NCBI GenBank assembly: GCA_965203485.1
Contig: OZ241892.1
Coordinates: 608,001-672,000 of the forward strand
DNA length: 64,000 nt
Direction: 5' to 3'
Origin: Longimicrobiales bacterium
GTDB lineage: Bacteria > Gemmatimonadota > Gemmatimonadetes > Longimicrobiales > Gaopeijiaceae
Position numbers and translations under genes: made by a program. This document shows, one piece after another, positions 1 to 9,563 of the stretch. Position 1 is the first letter of the stretch. The number at the start of each line of letters is the position of its first letter. The notes beneath the pieces were generated by a model. It made no database searches. It worked only from the letters and a program-made list of their open reading frames with translations, and was not told the origin of the DNA.

Positions 1-80
1 AGCGATTGGTGGACAGCGCCGGGCGCGTGGAGCGATTCCAGCGGCGCTACCGGGGGGACTCTGCCCCGGGGAGTTCCTAG
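1..80 (+). CDS. rpmE: 50S ribosomal protein L31, C-terminal end (partial at window edge)
   Basis: Frame from nt 3 reads RLVDSAGRVERFQRRY...GSS*, matching the L31 C-terminal motif (xVDTxGRVERFxxRY). Stop TAG at 78-80. Not in the ORF track. Confidence 0.8.
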   Translation, partial: RLVDSAGRVERFQRRYRGDSAPGSS

Positions 81-973
81 CCGGCCGGTCCGTCGGCCCG
101 TCCCGGCGGGGGCATCCCGGCGAGGCAAGGCGGGGAGGCGCCTTCCTCCACTTCGGCGTAGGCGTCGTGCTCGTGGATCGACTCGAAGTTGACCACGTGC
201 ACGCGAAACCACGACACCTGGGCGAGGCCGCGCAACCGGATCGTGGCCTCCCTCACCAAGTCCTCGACGAAGCGCGGGTTGTCGTAGGCGCGCTCCGTCA
301 CCCACTTCTCGTCCGTCCGCTTGAGGACGGGATAGAGCCCGCACGACGCCGACTCCTCCACTAGGCCCACGATCTCCTCTATCCACAGTTCGCCGCCGAA
401 CCGCGCATGCACCGTGACCAGGCTCCGCTGGTTGTGAGCGCCGCGGGCGCTGATCTCGCGCGAGCACGGGCAGAGCGTGGTGACCGGAGTCTTGACGGCC
501 AGCACGAAGTCGTTCGCGGCTCCAGCGGTCGCGTCGAAGGCGCAGTCGTACGACAGCCGGCCCTCCGCGCCCGTGACCGGCGCCTTCTTGGCGATGAAGT
601 AGGGGAACGAGACGCGCATGTGCGCCGTCTCCGCGCCCAGCCGCTCCCGCATCCGGCGCAAGATGGCCGGAAGCGCCTCGGCGGATATCTCGCCGTCGTA
701 GGCGTTCAGGATCTCCAGGAAGCGGCTCATGTGCGTTCCCTTGAACTGGTGGGGGAGAGCCACCGACATGTCGATGCTGGCGACGGTGTGCTGGACGGAC
801 CCGCCGCGTTCGCGCACAACGATGGGGTAGCGGATGTTCTTCACGCCCACCTTTGCAATCGGCACCCTGCGCCCGTCCGGGTTCGCCTGGACGTCGGCGA
901 GCGGGGCCGGGGCGGTGCGCACGCCGGTTGGGCTCGGCGCACCGGCGGACTTCGCCGCCGGCGGAGAACTCAC
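77..973 (-). CDS. folE2: GTP cyclohydrolase IB (FolE2)
   Basis: C-terminal part of ORF 77..2305 has DVQ, KGTHMSRF, TTLCPCS, GAHNQRS, YPVLKRTDEK, NPRFVED and NFESIHEHDA. GTG start overlaps the upstream stop (GTGA 970-973). Confidence 0.93.
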   Translation of the reverse strand: MSSPPAAKSAGAPSPTGVRTAPAPLADVQANPDGRRVPIAKVGVKNIRYPIVVRERGGSVQHTVASIDMSVALPHQFKGTHMSRFLEILNAYDGEISAEALPAILRRMRERLGAETAHMRVSFPYFIAKKAPVTGAEGRLSYDCAFDATAGAANDFVLAVKTPVTTLCPCSREISARGAHNQRSLVTVHARFGGELWIEEIVGLVEESASCGLYPVLKRTDEKWVTERAYDNPRFVEDLVREATIRLRGLAQVSWFRVHVVNFESIHEHDAYAEVEEGASPPCLAGMPPPGRADGPAG

Positions 974-1320
974 CGAGAGGCCTCTTCCTCTTCCATGCGG
1001 CGGGCGTCGATGCGCTTCATCTTCTCCGCCACCGCGCCGGCCAAGTCGATGCCGCGGCTGTTGGCGAAGTTGAGCAGCGCGATGCACACGTCCGCCGATT
1101 CGTCGGCGAAGTCCTCGGCCCGTACCGGGCGTCCCTTCCAAGCCTTCTTCTCGAGGTTGGCGAGCTCGCCGGTCTCGCCCGCGAGCTCCAGCGCGAAGAA
1201 CCGGGGCGGGCGGGGCGGGAACGCGGCGTGCTGGTAGCGGCGGAACTCCTCCTGAAGCGCGCGGAGGCCGGCGTAGCCCGAGGGAAGCGCGTCGGAGGGG
1301 GGCGGCGAGGGAGTGGTCAT
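970..1320 (-). CDS. MazG-like nucleotide pyrophosphohydrolase
   Basis: LELAGETGELAN...DESADV...GIDLAGAVAEKM fits the MazG ExxE...ExxD pattern. ATG at 1318-1320. Confidence 0.8.
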   Translation of the reverse strand: MTTPSPPPSDALPSGYAGLRALQEEFRRYQHAAFPPRPPRFFALELAGETGELANLEKKAWKGRPVRAEDFADESADVCIALLNFANSRGIDLAGAVAEKMKRIDARRMEEEEASR

Positions 1321-1468
1321 TGGTGGATCGCGAAGCGGATGGGCCGCGCGGGATCCGCGTCCGAAGGGCGGACGCCCGGGCGCGGAAGCGAGAAGGGTGC
1401 GCTCGGCGTGGCCGGCCACCGTGCGAAAACGTAACGGCGAGGCGAATTTGACGGACATGAGGACTGTC

Positions 1469-2554
1469 ATGGCAACGCGTGGCGGCGGCGCCGGTGGACG
1501 GGCCGCCGGCGCGGCCGGCCCGCGAAAGGCGACGGGCTCGGCGAGCGTGGGGTCGGCCGCGGATGCGACCGCGGCCGCGAACGCCGACTTGGCGCGTCTC
1601 TTGCGGACGACCAGCCGGACGTTCGCGCTGGGGATCGAACTGCTGGGCCGTCCGTTGCGCGACCAGGTGCGGGTTGCGTACCTGGCGCTCCGCGTGGCCG
1701 ACTATCTGGAGGACAACCGCGTGATGAGCCCCCGGGAGAAGGCGTGCCTTCTGGCGCTGTGGCGCGACGTGCTGTTGCGGCGGGCGTCGGCCGCGGCCTT
1801 CGTGGACGCGCTGGGCGGAGAGGCCGGAAGGGACGCGATTCCCGACGCGGAGGCGGCGTATGCGGCCCCCGCCGTCGCGCGCGGGCTGGACGGCTTGGCC
1901 GAGGACGCCAGGACCGTGATCGCCGAACACGCGGCCCGCTCGTGCATGGGCATGGGCCGCTGGGCCGAACGCGGGCCGCGGTTCGGCGACGAAGCCGACT
2001 TGGACGACTACATGCACGAAGTGGCGGGGCGCGTCGGCCATCTCCTCACGGACCTGTTCGCCCTGGGGTCGCCGAAGGTGAGCCGGCGCCGGGACCGCAT
2101 GATGGAGCCCGCGCGCCAGTTCGGCTTGGCGCTTCAGACGGTCAACGTGATTCGCGGGTTGCCTCAGGACAGGAAGCGTGGGTGGGTGTTCGTGCCCCGG
2201 TCGCTTCTCCCGCCCGGCACGGATCCGCTCCAGCTCTTCGACGTGGAGCGCCGGGCCACGGCGATGGCGGCCGTCGGCAAGCTGGCGGCGAAGGCGGACC
2301 GCCACTTCGAGGGCGCCTTGGCATACGTGCGAATGCTGCCGCGAGGCTTGGCGCGCGTGCGCCTGTTCTGCCTCTTGCCGCTCTTCTTCGGCGTCCGCAC
2401 CCTGGCGGTGAGCCGGGCCGACCCGCGCGTGCTGGAGGGCGAGGTCAAGATCGGCCGGCGCGAGGTTCGCGCCATTCAGCGGCGGGCGATGCTCTTTGGG
2501 GCGTCCAACGCTTGGGTGCGGTGGTATTGCCGCCGCCTGGAGACGGCGCCGTGA
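1469..2554 (+). CDS. Squalene/phytoene synthase family protein
   Basis: TSRTFALGI, YLALRVADYLED, YMHEVAGRVG, FGLALQTVNVIR. Start chosen after GAGGA; 1457 is also possible. Confidence 0.88.
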   Translation: MATRGGGAGGRAAGAAGPRKATGSASVGSAADATAAANADLARLLRTTSRTFALGIELLGRPLRDQVRVAYLALRVADYLEDNRVMSPREKACLLALWRDVLLRRASAAAFVDALGGEAGRDAIPDAEAAYAAPAVARGLDGLAEDARTVIAEHAARSCMGMGRWAERGPRFGDEADLDDYMHEVAGRVGHLLTDLFALGSPKVSRRRDRMMEPARQFGLALQTVNVIRGLPQDRKRGWVFVPRSLLPPGTDPLQLFDVERRATAMAAVGKLAAKADRHFEGALAYVRMLPRGLARVRLFCLLPLFFGVRTLAVSRADPRVLEGEVKIGRREVRAIQRRAMLFGASNAWVRWYCRRLETAP

Positions 2555-3138
2555 CGCGGCGCGGCCGGGCAGATGGGGGGTGCGCGCGCGAGGGGACGGG
2601 CAGGGCAGCGGGGCCTGTCCGCGTGGGCGTGCTGGTCGCGTCGGACCGCGTTTCGCGGGGCGAGCGCGAAGACCGGGGCGGACCGGCCGTCCTCGCCTAC
2701 CTCGACGCCGCGCTGGCGGGTTCGTGGGAAGCCGAGACGCGGGTCGTCCCCGACGAGGAACAGATCGTGCGGGCGACGCTCGTCGAGTTCGTCGACGATC
2801 TGAGGTGCTGCTTGGTGATCACGACCGGGGGCACCGGCCCGGCGCCGCGCGACGTCACGCCGGAGGCCACCCTGGCCGTGGTGGACAGGGAACTCCCGGG
2901 CTTCGGCGAGGCGATGCGCGCGGCTTCGCTTCCCGGCGTGCCGACCGCCGTCCTGTCGCGGCAAACTGCCGGGACCCGCGGCTCGGCGCTTATCGTCAAC
3001 GTGCCGGGGTCCCCTGGGGCCGTGGCGGAATGCTTGGACGCTGTGTTCGCCGCCGTCCCGGACTGCGTCGATCTCCTAGGTGGACCGAGGCTGGAAACGA
3101 ACCCGGCTCGGGTGCGCGCCTACCGCCCACACGGCTGA
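2551..3138 (+). CDS. mog: Molybdopterin adenylyltransferase
   Basis: [51 protein letters not shown] overlap with the upstream stop. Confidence 0.9.
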   Translation: MTRRGRADGGCAREGTGRAAGPVRVGVLVASDRVSRGEREDRGGPAVLAYLDAALAGSWEAETRVVPDEEQIVRATLVEFVDDLRCCLVITTGGTGPAPRDVTPEATLAVVDRELPGFGEAMRAASLPGVPTAVLSRQTAGTRGSALIVNVPGSPGAVAECLDAVFAAVPDCVDLLGGPRLETNPARVRAYRPHG

Positions 3139-3148
3139 ACGCCGAGGA

Positions 3149-3178
3149 TTGACTTTCGGACGTGCCCCCGCGAACATT
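3149..3178 (+). promoter_or_regulatory. Possible sigma70-type promoter for rpsN
   Basis: TTGACT at 3149-3154 and a weak -10 (AACATT) 18 bp downstream. Confidence 0.3.
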
Positions 3179-3235
3179 GCGGACTGGCTAGTGTTGCGAC
3201 GCGCCCCGGCGGGCGCCCCATCGCGAGGGACGTGG

Positions 3236-3541
3236 ATGGCAAAGAAGGGCAAGCTGGAAAAGAACGACCGGCGGCAACGCTTGGTCGGCAAGCATGCCGG
3301 ACGGCGCGCGGAGCTGAGAACGGTGGTGCGGGACCCGGAGGCCACGCCCGACGAGAAGCGCCAGGCGATGGCCGCGTTGCAGTCGCTTCCCCGCGACTCC
3401 GCCGCCGTGCGCTATCGCAACCGATGCCAGATGTCGGGTCGGCCCCGGGGCTTCATCCGCAAGTTCGGCCTCTCGCGGATCGCCTTCCGCGACATGTCTC
3501 TCCACGGGCTGATTCCCGGCGTCCGCAAGTCTTCCTGGTAG
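3236..3541 (+). CDS. rpsN: 30S ribosomal protein S14, long Zn-independent (C-) type
   Basis: 101 aa, MAKKGK...LPRDS...[25 protein letters not shown]...IPGVRKSSW. Only one Cys of the zinc-ribbon positions is retained. Confidence 0.96.
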   Translation: MAKKGKLEKNDRRQRLVGKHAGRRAELRTVVRDPEATPDEKRQAMAALQSLPRDSAAVRYRNRCQMSGRPRGFIRKFGLSRIAFRDMSLHGLIPGVRKSSW

Positions 3542-5019
3542 GACGGGAGGGCCGCGCCGGCCGGTGCGCCCAGCGTGTCGATTCCGGTAGGCACGGTGTC
3601 CTTGGCGGCTTGGTCGGCAGCCTTCTTCGCGGCTTCCTCCTCTGCCTTCTCGGCGGCCCGCGCGGCCGCGGCCGAGTCGAGCGCGCCCCAGCGTTGCGAC
3701 GCAGGAACGACGCGTCCCGCCACCCGCATGAGCGGGTCGCTGTAGGGGTCTCCGGCGGGCGCGAGCGCGTCCTCCGTGTACCGGCTGCTGGGGTTCCAGA
3801 GAATCCACTCGCGGATGCCGGCGTCGTACGTCGCCTGTATCTGCGCGCGGACTTCCGGGGCGCCGTAGCGGGGCTTGCCCAGCGTGAAGTCCTGCAACCA
3901 GGGCCGGGTCGAGCCCGCTCCGTGGACCGCGCCGGAGCGCTTCAGCGCCTCCGCCAGCGCCGCGTGAACGATTTCGTAGGGATGCCCGTTGGGGTCGTCG
4001 AACCCGAAGCTTCCGGGCCAGTAGTGGCTCGGATACACCATCGGCAACGCCACGTCCACCACGTCGATGAACGACTCCCACACCTGGCCGATGCCCACGT
4101 CGCGATACGCCGAAGTCGTCACCCCGAAGACGTCCGCCGTCATCTGCACGTCGAGATCGGACAGCGCGTCGCGGCTGTGCGCCAGGAACGCCCGAATCGC
4201 CTGGGCCTTCGTTCCATTCCGGCCCGGAAAGCGCGCCCGCTCCAGCGCCGACCGCGGCGCGTCCGGAAAGCGCACGTAGTCCCACTGGATCTCCGGAAAG
4301 CCCATCTCGGCCACTTCCCGCGCCAGGGCCACGTGGTAGTTCCACACCTCGCGGCTGTACGCGTTCAGCCAGACCACGCCCTTGTCGTCCGTCCACACGC
4401 CCCCGCTCGAGTCCTGCACGGCCAAGTCGGGCCTGGCGGCGGCCAGCAACGGGTCCTTGACGACCACGATTCGGGCCACGGGGTAGACGCCCGCCTCCGC
4501 GAGCCGCGCCAGCAGGCCCGGCATGTCGCCGATGCGACGCTGCCCCGTTGCGCCGGCCGCCACCACCTCCGGCACCCGCGACCGGTGGCTCACGTACCCC
4601 GTGGCGTCCTTCACGTCGACGACGAACGTGTTGATCTCGGTGCTGTCCGCCAGCGCAAGAAGGGCGGCCATCCGTCGTCGCGAGCCCGCAGACCACGCGT
4701 TCACGTAGATGCCCCGGACGTGCTCCGGGCGCCGGAACGCGGGACGCTCCGGCTTCTGCGGAGCTGCCGGAACCGAGACCTCGCTCCTGGCGGCCTGCTG
4801 CAGCGCGACGACCGGATCGCCGCCCGGCGAAGCTGGCGCCAAGGCGCCGCCGGGGACGAAGAGAAGAACCGCGACGGCGACGGCGAGCAACGCAAGCATT
4901 CTCAAAGCTAATCGCGCGATCCCGGTTTCGCGTTGCCGCGCGCCGGACGGTCGCCGCTTCCCAGACCATGGCCGGCGCTGGGCCGGGCGGCCCCCGGTGC
5001 GGTTGCGCGACGGCGGCAT
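3412..5019 (-). CDS. Putative glycoside hydrolase (DUF4015-like), exported/membrane-anchored
   Basis: [51 protein letters not shown], plus an N-terminal hydrophobic segment. GGAG lies upstream of ATG 5019. Confidence 0.8.
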   Translation of the reverse strand: MPPSRNRTGGRPAQRRPWSGKRRPSGARQRETGIARLALRMLALLAVAVAVLLFVPGGALAPASPGGDPVVALQQAARSEVSVPAAPQKPERPAFRRPEHVRGIYVNAWSAGSRRRMAALLALADSTEINTFVVDVKDATGYVSHRSRVPEVVAAGATGQRRIGDMPGLLARLAEAGVYPVARIVVVKDPLLAAARPDLAVQDSSGGVWTDDKGVVWLNAYSREVWNYHVALAREVAEMGFPEIQWDYVRFPDAPRSALERARFPGRNGTKAQAIRAFLAHSRDALSDLDVQMTADVFGVTTSAYRDVGIGQVWESFIDVVDVALPMVYPSHYWPGSFGFDDPNGHPYEIVHAALAEALKRSGAVHGAGSTRPWLQDFTLGKPRYGAPEVRAQIQATYDAGIREWILWNPSSRYTEDALAPAGDPYSDPLMRVAGRVVPASQRWGALDSAAAARAAEKAEEEAAKKAADQAAKDTVPTGIDTLGAPAGAALPSYQEDLRTPGISPWRDMSRKAIRERPNLRMKPRGRPDIWHRLR

Positions 5020-5128
5020 CGCCGCTCCGGCTTGGGGTCGGAAACCCCGGTTCTCTTCGGCAGGGCTATCTTGGGACGCGCGGTGGACGCCGGAGTTGCA
5101 TCGGTCCGCTAGGGCGTCCCGCGATCGA

Positions 5129-5201
5129 GGGGCCATAGCTCAGCTGGGAGAGCGCTGGCTTTGCAAGCCAGAGGTCACCGGTTCGATCCCGGTTGGCTCC
5201 A
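5129..5201 (+). tRNA. tRNA-Ala(UGC)
   Basis: GGGGCCA/TGGCTCC acceptor stem with G3:U70, D-arm TAGCTCAGCTGGGAGAGC, anticodon arm CTGGC-TTTGCAA-GCCAG, T-loop GGTTCGATCC. CCA is not encoded. Confidence 0.97.
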
Positions 5202-5312
5202 TTCCGCTCGGCGCCCCACGTCCGGTGCGCGACTTTTCCGCCCCTCGGGCGCGGTCCGCGTCCGCGAAGAAGGCTCGCTTCAGGGCGGAACGCGTGGCTT
5301 GCGCGGGTCTCG

Positions 5313-5969
5313 CTACCGGATCTCGACGTACCTGGCCAGCCGCTCCAGCTCGTCGTCGTCCACGTACTTGCCGATTTCGCGGCGAAACTGCGCCATGGCG
5401 CGGTAGGGGCGGTACTCCTCGAACTCGTGAAGCATGCGGGGGCCGACGCCGGGAATGCTCAGGATGGCCTCCTCGGAGGCCGTGTTGAGGTCGATGCGGA
5501 CGTACACGTACTGCGCCAGCCGCTCCAGCTCGTCGTCGTCCACGTACTTGCCGATTTCGCGATGGAACTGGGCGAGGGCGCGGTAGGGGCGGTACTCCTC
5601 GAACTCGTGAAGCATGCGGGGGCCGACGCCGGGAATCATGAGGATTTCCGCCTCCGTGGCGTCGTTGAGGTCGATGGGCACCCACACGGCCCGGTAGACG
5701 GCGTCGAAGTCGTCTTCGGACAAGTGGGCGGCGACGACCTCGTGGAGCGCGGAGACGCGCAGGAATGGCCTCGCCTCGACGATGGCCCCGGCCACGGCCG
5801 CGCCCAGGCCCGGGATGGCCGCAAGTTGCTCGGCGGTTGCGAGGTTGGCGTTCAGGATGCCTTGGCTCTCTCCGACTTGCGCGGTCGCCGGGGTCGGCGC
5901 CGACGCGGCGATGCACGCGGCTGCCAGGGCCCACGGGCCGGAACGGGTGGTTGCTTTGGCTGCTCTCAT
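5313..5969 (-). CDS. Exported helix-hairpin-helix (ComEA-like) repeat protein
   Basis: Signal-peptide-like N-terminus and three (I/L)xxNxA(T/S)xxxxxxIPG(L/V)G HhH modules. AGGA upstream of ATG. Confidence 0.75.
   Translation of the reverse strand: MRAAKATTRSGPWALAAACIAASAPTPATAQVGESQGILNANLATAEQLAAIPGLGAAVAGAIVEARPFLRVSALHEVVAAHLSEDDFDAVYRAVWVPIDLNDATEAEILMIPGVGPRMLHEFEEYRPYRALAQFHREIGKYVDDDELERLAQYVYVRIDLNTASEEAILSIPGVGPRMLHEFEEYRPYRAMAQFRREIGKYVDDDELERLARYVEIR
5333..5677. repeat. Intragenic tandem duplication, 180-bp period
   Basis: 5341-5381 equals 5521-5561, and 5401-5456 equals 5581-5636. Confidence 0.9.
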
Positions 5970-6007
5970 ATCGGGATCCTTTATTGTGTCGTGATGAGCG
6001 GGTCGAG

Positions 6008-6508
6008 CTAGGCGGTCGTCGCGCCGGGCCGGTGCGCAGGACGGCGCGCGGACAGGACGGGGTGCCGCCAGCAGGCCAGCAGGCCCAGCAACCCCAGCTG
6101 AAGCATCGCCAGGGGCGCCAGCGCGGGCAATGCCCCCCGCAGGCTGGCGGCGACGAGGTCCAGGCTGGCGAGCGACGGATCGGCGGCGCCCGCGGGCAGC
6201 GTCTCCGTCAGCATCTCCGCTTCGAACTCGAAGTTGGAGCGCAGGTGGAAGTAGACGCCCAAGACGCCCGAAGCCGCGAAGGCCGTCATCAATCCCCGCA
6301 GCAGGCGCAGCGAAGCGAGGCTTGGCCGAACGCCGGTCCACACGCACGCGACCGTGCCCGCGCCCAGCGCCAGCAACGGGATGCGCTGCGACCAGTCCTC
6401 GTAGTGGCCCAGCAGCCCGAGTTCCGCCGCGACCCCGGCGGAGCCCGCGACGACGAGGGCGAGCACGATCCTCCGCCACGGCTCCACGGCGGCGCCCTTG
6501 TGAGTCAT
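6008..6508 (-). CDS. Hypothetical membrane protein (about 4 TM)
   Basis: Four hydrophobic stretches. ATGA overlap with the upstream cytochrome gene. Confidence 0.75.
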   Translation of the reverse strand: MTHKGAAVEPWRRIVLALVVAGSAGVAAELGLLGHYEDWSQRIPLLALGAGTVACVWTGVRPSLASLRLLRGLMTAFAASGVLGVYFHLRSNFEFEAEMLTETLPAGAADPSLASLDLVAASLRGALPALAPLAMLQLGLLGLLACWRHPVLSARRPAHRPGATTA

Positions 6509-8160
6509 TTCGCGACTGTCGCCGCCTCAGCGACCGTGATCGCCGAGCCCCCGGACATCTCGCGGTAGTAGCGGACGAAGCGGCGGGTCTCGAAGGCGTC
6601 GTAGGCGGCCAGGGTCTCGGCCCAGCGGTAGCCGATCGGCTGAAAGCGGAGCCGCGCCGTCACGGTGAACGGTCCGTCGAGGCCGTCGATCGCCACCGAG
6701 TAGCGCACTCTGTCGCCTCCGGGGCCGAAGTCGCCGTCGGAGCGGGCCGCGCCCCGGACGGCGGCCCTTTCTCCGGCAACGGCCGCATCGAATCCGTCGG
6801 GGAGCAACCGGTTGTCCTTGGCCCACGCCTCCGCCGACGTCAAGCCGGTCGTCACCCGTCCGGCGCCGTCGGTCATCACCGACTGGTAGACCTGCACTTG
6901 GTTCGGCGACCGAATTTCGGCGTGGTGGGGCTCGTAGGCGGAGCCGTCCTCGTCGTGATCGTCGCCGGCGATGCTGCCGGCGGCGGCCAGAGCGCCCGAC
7001 TCGAAGACGGTCCGGCCGTCGGCGCCGCTCACGAGGACGTGAAGCCACGCCCGCCGAGACGGATAGCCGGTCGGGAACTTGTGCCCTGCGTGGTTTCGCA
7101 CCTCGATGTCGAAGGCCAGCCGACTGGGCCGCTCTTCGTCGGCCTGCACGCGCGCATTTGTCACCGCCAAGCTTGCGGTGGCGGTGCGCAGGTGGTCCTC
7201 GGTGCGAAGCGCGGACAGCTCCATCTCGGCGGGAAGCGCGGTCGTTCCCAACTCGGCGCGGTAGCGGTCCAGCATTCGGAGCACGAAGAAGTTGCCGCCT
7301 CTGAAGACGTGCCGGGACACCTGCGGCCGGGCGCGCCCCAGCACCATGGTCACGGGCACGTCCTCCTCCACCTCGGGCATGTGGCAGTCCTGGCAACTCC
7401 GTTCTCCGGCGTAGCCGCTGGCCCGCCATTCCAGGTAGGGGACCTGTTCGGGGAACTCCGGGCCTGCTTCGCCAGCCGGACGAACGGAGTGAGCGAGGAG
7501 GGTGTGGCACGTCGCGCACAGCTCGGACGACTGCACGTGAGCGCCTTCCGTGGGACGAAGCCCCGTGGCCGAGCTCATGATGCCGGCTCCGCCCGAATCG
7601 GGCTCGAAGGGGCCGAAGACGGGCCTGCCCCCGGGGGGCGCGGAGTGGTCGACGACGAATCCGCCGGAGAAGCTCTCGTCCGTGCCCAGGCCGTCGGGCG
7701 CCACGCGGTGGCAGACGGTGCACGACACGCCGTCGGCCGCCAGCGCGGCGAGCTCGCCGGCGCTCCCCGCGGGCAGGTGGGCGAAAACTTCGCCCGCGCG
7801 CCCCTCGACTTCGGCGGCGGCGTTGGCCATCGGCATGTGGCAGCGCGAGCACTGGGCCTCGATCTCGGACGCCGCCTCCGGGTGGTCCATGATCTCGCGC
7901 CGGACGGCGGCCTGCCAATAGGGGTCGCGGGCGCTGTTGGCCATCATCGACGCGCGCCAGTCGTGGCCGATCGACGCCCCCGCGCCGTCGCGGGTGGTCA
8001 CGCCCTGGTGGCAGGCGATGCAGCGGTCGGCCGTCGCGAACGCCGTCGCGTCCTGGGCGGAAACGCGGCCGGCCAGGCCCAGCCAGGCCAGAAGGCTGCT
8101 ACCGAAGAGAACGAGCCGGGGGAGCGGGGCAGGGGCGGCGCGCGTCACGATGGCTACCAT
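6505..8160 (-). CDS. Exported pentaheme c-type cytochrome
   Basis: Five CxxCH motifs (CIACH, CSRCH, CTVCH, CATCH, CQDCH), GHKFPTGYPSRRAWLHV and a signal peptide. Start at 8160 or 8148. Confidence 0.88.
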   Translation of the reverse strand: MVAIVTRAAPAPLPRLVLFGSSLLAWLGLAGRVSAQDATAFATADRCIACHQGVTTRDGAGASIGHDWRASMMANSARDPYWQAAVRREIMDHPEAASEIEAQCSRCHMPMANAAAEVEGRAGEVFAHLPAGSAGELAALAADGVSCTVCHRVAPDGLGTDESFSGGFVVDHSAPPGGRPVFGPFEPDSGGAGIMSSATGLRPTEGAHVQSSELCATCHTLLAHSVRPAGEAGPEFPEQVPYLEWRASGYAGERSCQDCHMPEVEEDVPVTMVLGRARPQVSRHVFRGGNFFVLRMLDRYRAELGTTALPAEMELSALRTEDHLRTATASLAVTNARVQADEERPSRLAFDIEVRNHAGHKFPTGYPSRRAWLHVLVSGADGRTVFESGALAAAGSIAGDDHDEDGSAYEPHHAEIRSPNQVQVYQSVMTDGAGRVTTGLTSAEAWAKDNRLLPDGFDAAVAGERAAVRGAARSDGDFGPGGDRVRYSVAIDGLDGPFTVTARLRFQPIGYRWAETLAAYDAFETRRFVRYYREMSGGSAITVAEAATVAK

Positions 8161-9335
8161 CCCTCCCAGAAGCCGCCGTCGAACCAGTCCAGGAGCACGT
8201 AGCTCACGAAGCGCGCGCGGCGTCCCTCTCGGGCCGTCACGGGGACCAGCAAGCCGACGTTGGCCAGCACGTGCTGGCGAGTGTTCAGGGCGATCTGCAA
8301 CTGGGGGACCACGTCGGCGCTGGTATTGGCGTCGCGCGACCCCAAGACGCGGTTCGCCACCAGCTCCACCATCGGCGTCCAGGACCGCCCCCACTTGCCG
8401 CTGGAGAGACTGCGCCCCAAGACGATGCGGCCGTGGGCGCGCGCGCTTCCCCCGTCGTGCGCCGGCACGCGGGCCCCGGCTTGAGCCTGAAGGAACGAGT
8501 CCCCGCCCATCAGCTGCCCGAAGAGCAGGAAGGCGCCGATCGACGCGCCGCGTGATTCCGTGGCCGCGGGCTCGTCGCTTGCCGGGAAGTGCAGGTCGCC
8601 CGACACGGACACGATCGAGCCCGACTCCAGGCTGTGGAACACGGCGTGCTTGACCGCGACTTCCACTTCGCCCAGCCCAGCTCGCCCCCCGCCCGCTTCC
8701 CGCTTCCACTCGTAGGGAATCGCGATCTCCCAATGGCTCCTCGGGCCGAACCGCTGTTCGTAGACGAACTCCGCCGCGGCCGGTCCTGCTCCGTCCGCGG
8801 GAAGGCTGGCCGACACCACCCATTCGTCCTCCGGGTACGCCTTGCTGGTGACCAGCGGGCGGGGCAGGTTGAGTTCGCCCCGGGGCCAGTTGGCGTCGGT
8901 GCACATCGCGCGTACGTAGTCCATGACCCGCTGGAGTTGCTCCGGCGTGAGCGCGCCCCTGAAGGCGGGCATCATCTCGCTGAACCCGCGGACCGGTCCT
9001 CCCTCGTGGGCCACGGCGATCCAGTCGGCGTCGGGCTCCCGCGCGGCGAAGTCGCAGTCGGTGAAGTCGGGAACCTCCTCCTCGAACGCGAGAAGAGCCG
9101 GATCGGCGCCGCGCCCGTCCGCCCCGTGGCAGTTGGCGCACGACGCCTGGTAGAGGATCTCTCCGGAGGCCGACGAGAGGTCGTCCGGCAATTGGGCTTG
9201 AAGAGCCGGTTGCGAAAGGAAGGTGACGAAGACGAGCAACGACGGCGTGGAGAGCTGTGAAGCCGACCCTGGCGCGCGGGCCGACTGGGCGGAGATCGCC
9301 GCGGCCGGGTCGCCCGCGCTTTCCGACGGGCTCAC
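8154..9335 (-). CDS. Monoheme cytochrome c fused to a probable outer-membrane beta-barrel domain
   Basis: YQASCANCHG with distal MPAF, followed by about 240 aa of alternating-polarity strands ending in an aromatic-rich C-terminus. GTG start inferred. Confidence 0.7.
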   Translation of the reverse strand: MSPSESAGDPAAAISAQSARAPGSASQLSTPSLLVFVTFLSQPALQAQLPDDLSSASGEILYQASCANCHGADGRGADPALLAFEEEVPDFTDCDFAAREPDADWIAVAHEGGPVRGFSEMMPAFRGALTPEQLQRVMDYVRAMCTDANWPRGELNLPRPLVTSKAYPEDEWVVSASLPADGAGPAAAEFVYEQRFGPRSHWEIAIPYEWKREAGGGRAGLGEVEVAVKHAVFHSLESGSIVSVSGDLHFPASDEPAATESRGASIGAFLLFGQLMGGDSFLQAQAGARVPAHDGGSARAHGRIVLGRSLSSGKWGRSWTPMVELVANRVLGSRDANTSADVVPQLQIALNTRQHVLANVGLLVPVTAREGRRARFVSYVLLDWFDGGFWEGW

Positions 9336-9563
9336 TTCCCTGGAGTCGAAGGGGTCGTCGTCATCGTCAATTGCTTGACCGCGGAAGGCCGAGCGACCGC
9401 AACGTCTCGTTGCGAGGCCGCCTTGCTGATGTCCTCGGTTCTTGACAGCAGAAGGTAGCCGCTCCCTTCGCGAGCTGCAAAGCAGCGCCGGACCGTGCAC
9501 GAAGAAACGTCCCAGGTGCGGATGGAAGAAATGCCGAATCGGCCATGATCGGCAATCCATGCC

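Noticed and set aside
2120..2180. Altered second Asp-rich motif (NVIRGLPQD) suggesting an inactive squalene synthase
   Set aside because: This motif varies among bacterial squalene-synthase-like proteins and the rest of the gene is intact. Not enough to claim a changed function.
5129..5201. tRNA-Ala as attachment site of an integrated element
   Set aside because: I found no repeat of the tRNA 3' end and no integrase in the window.
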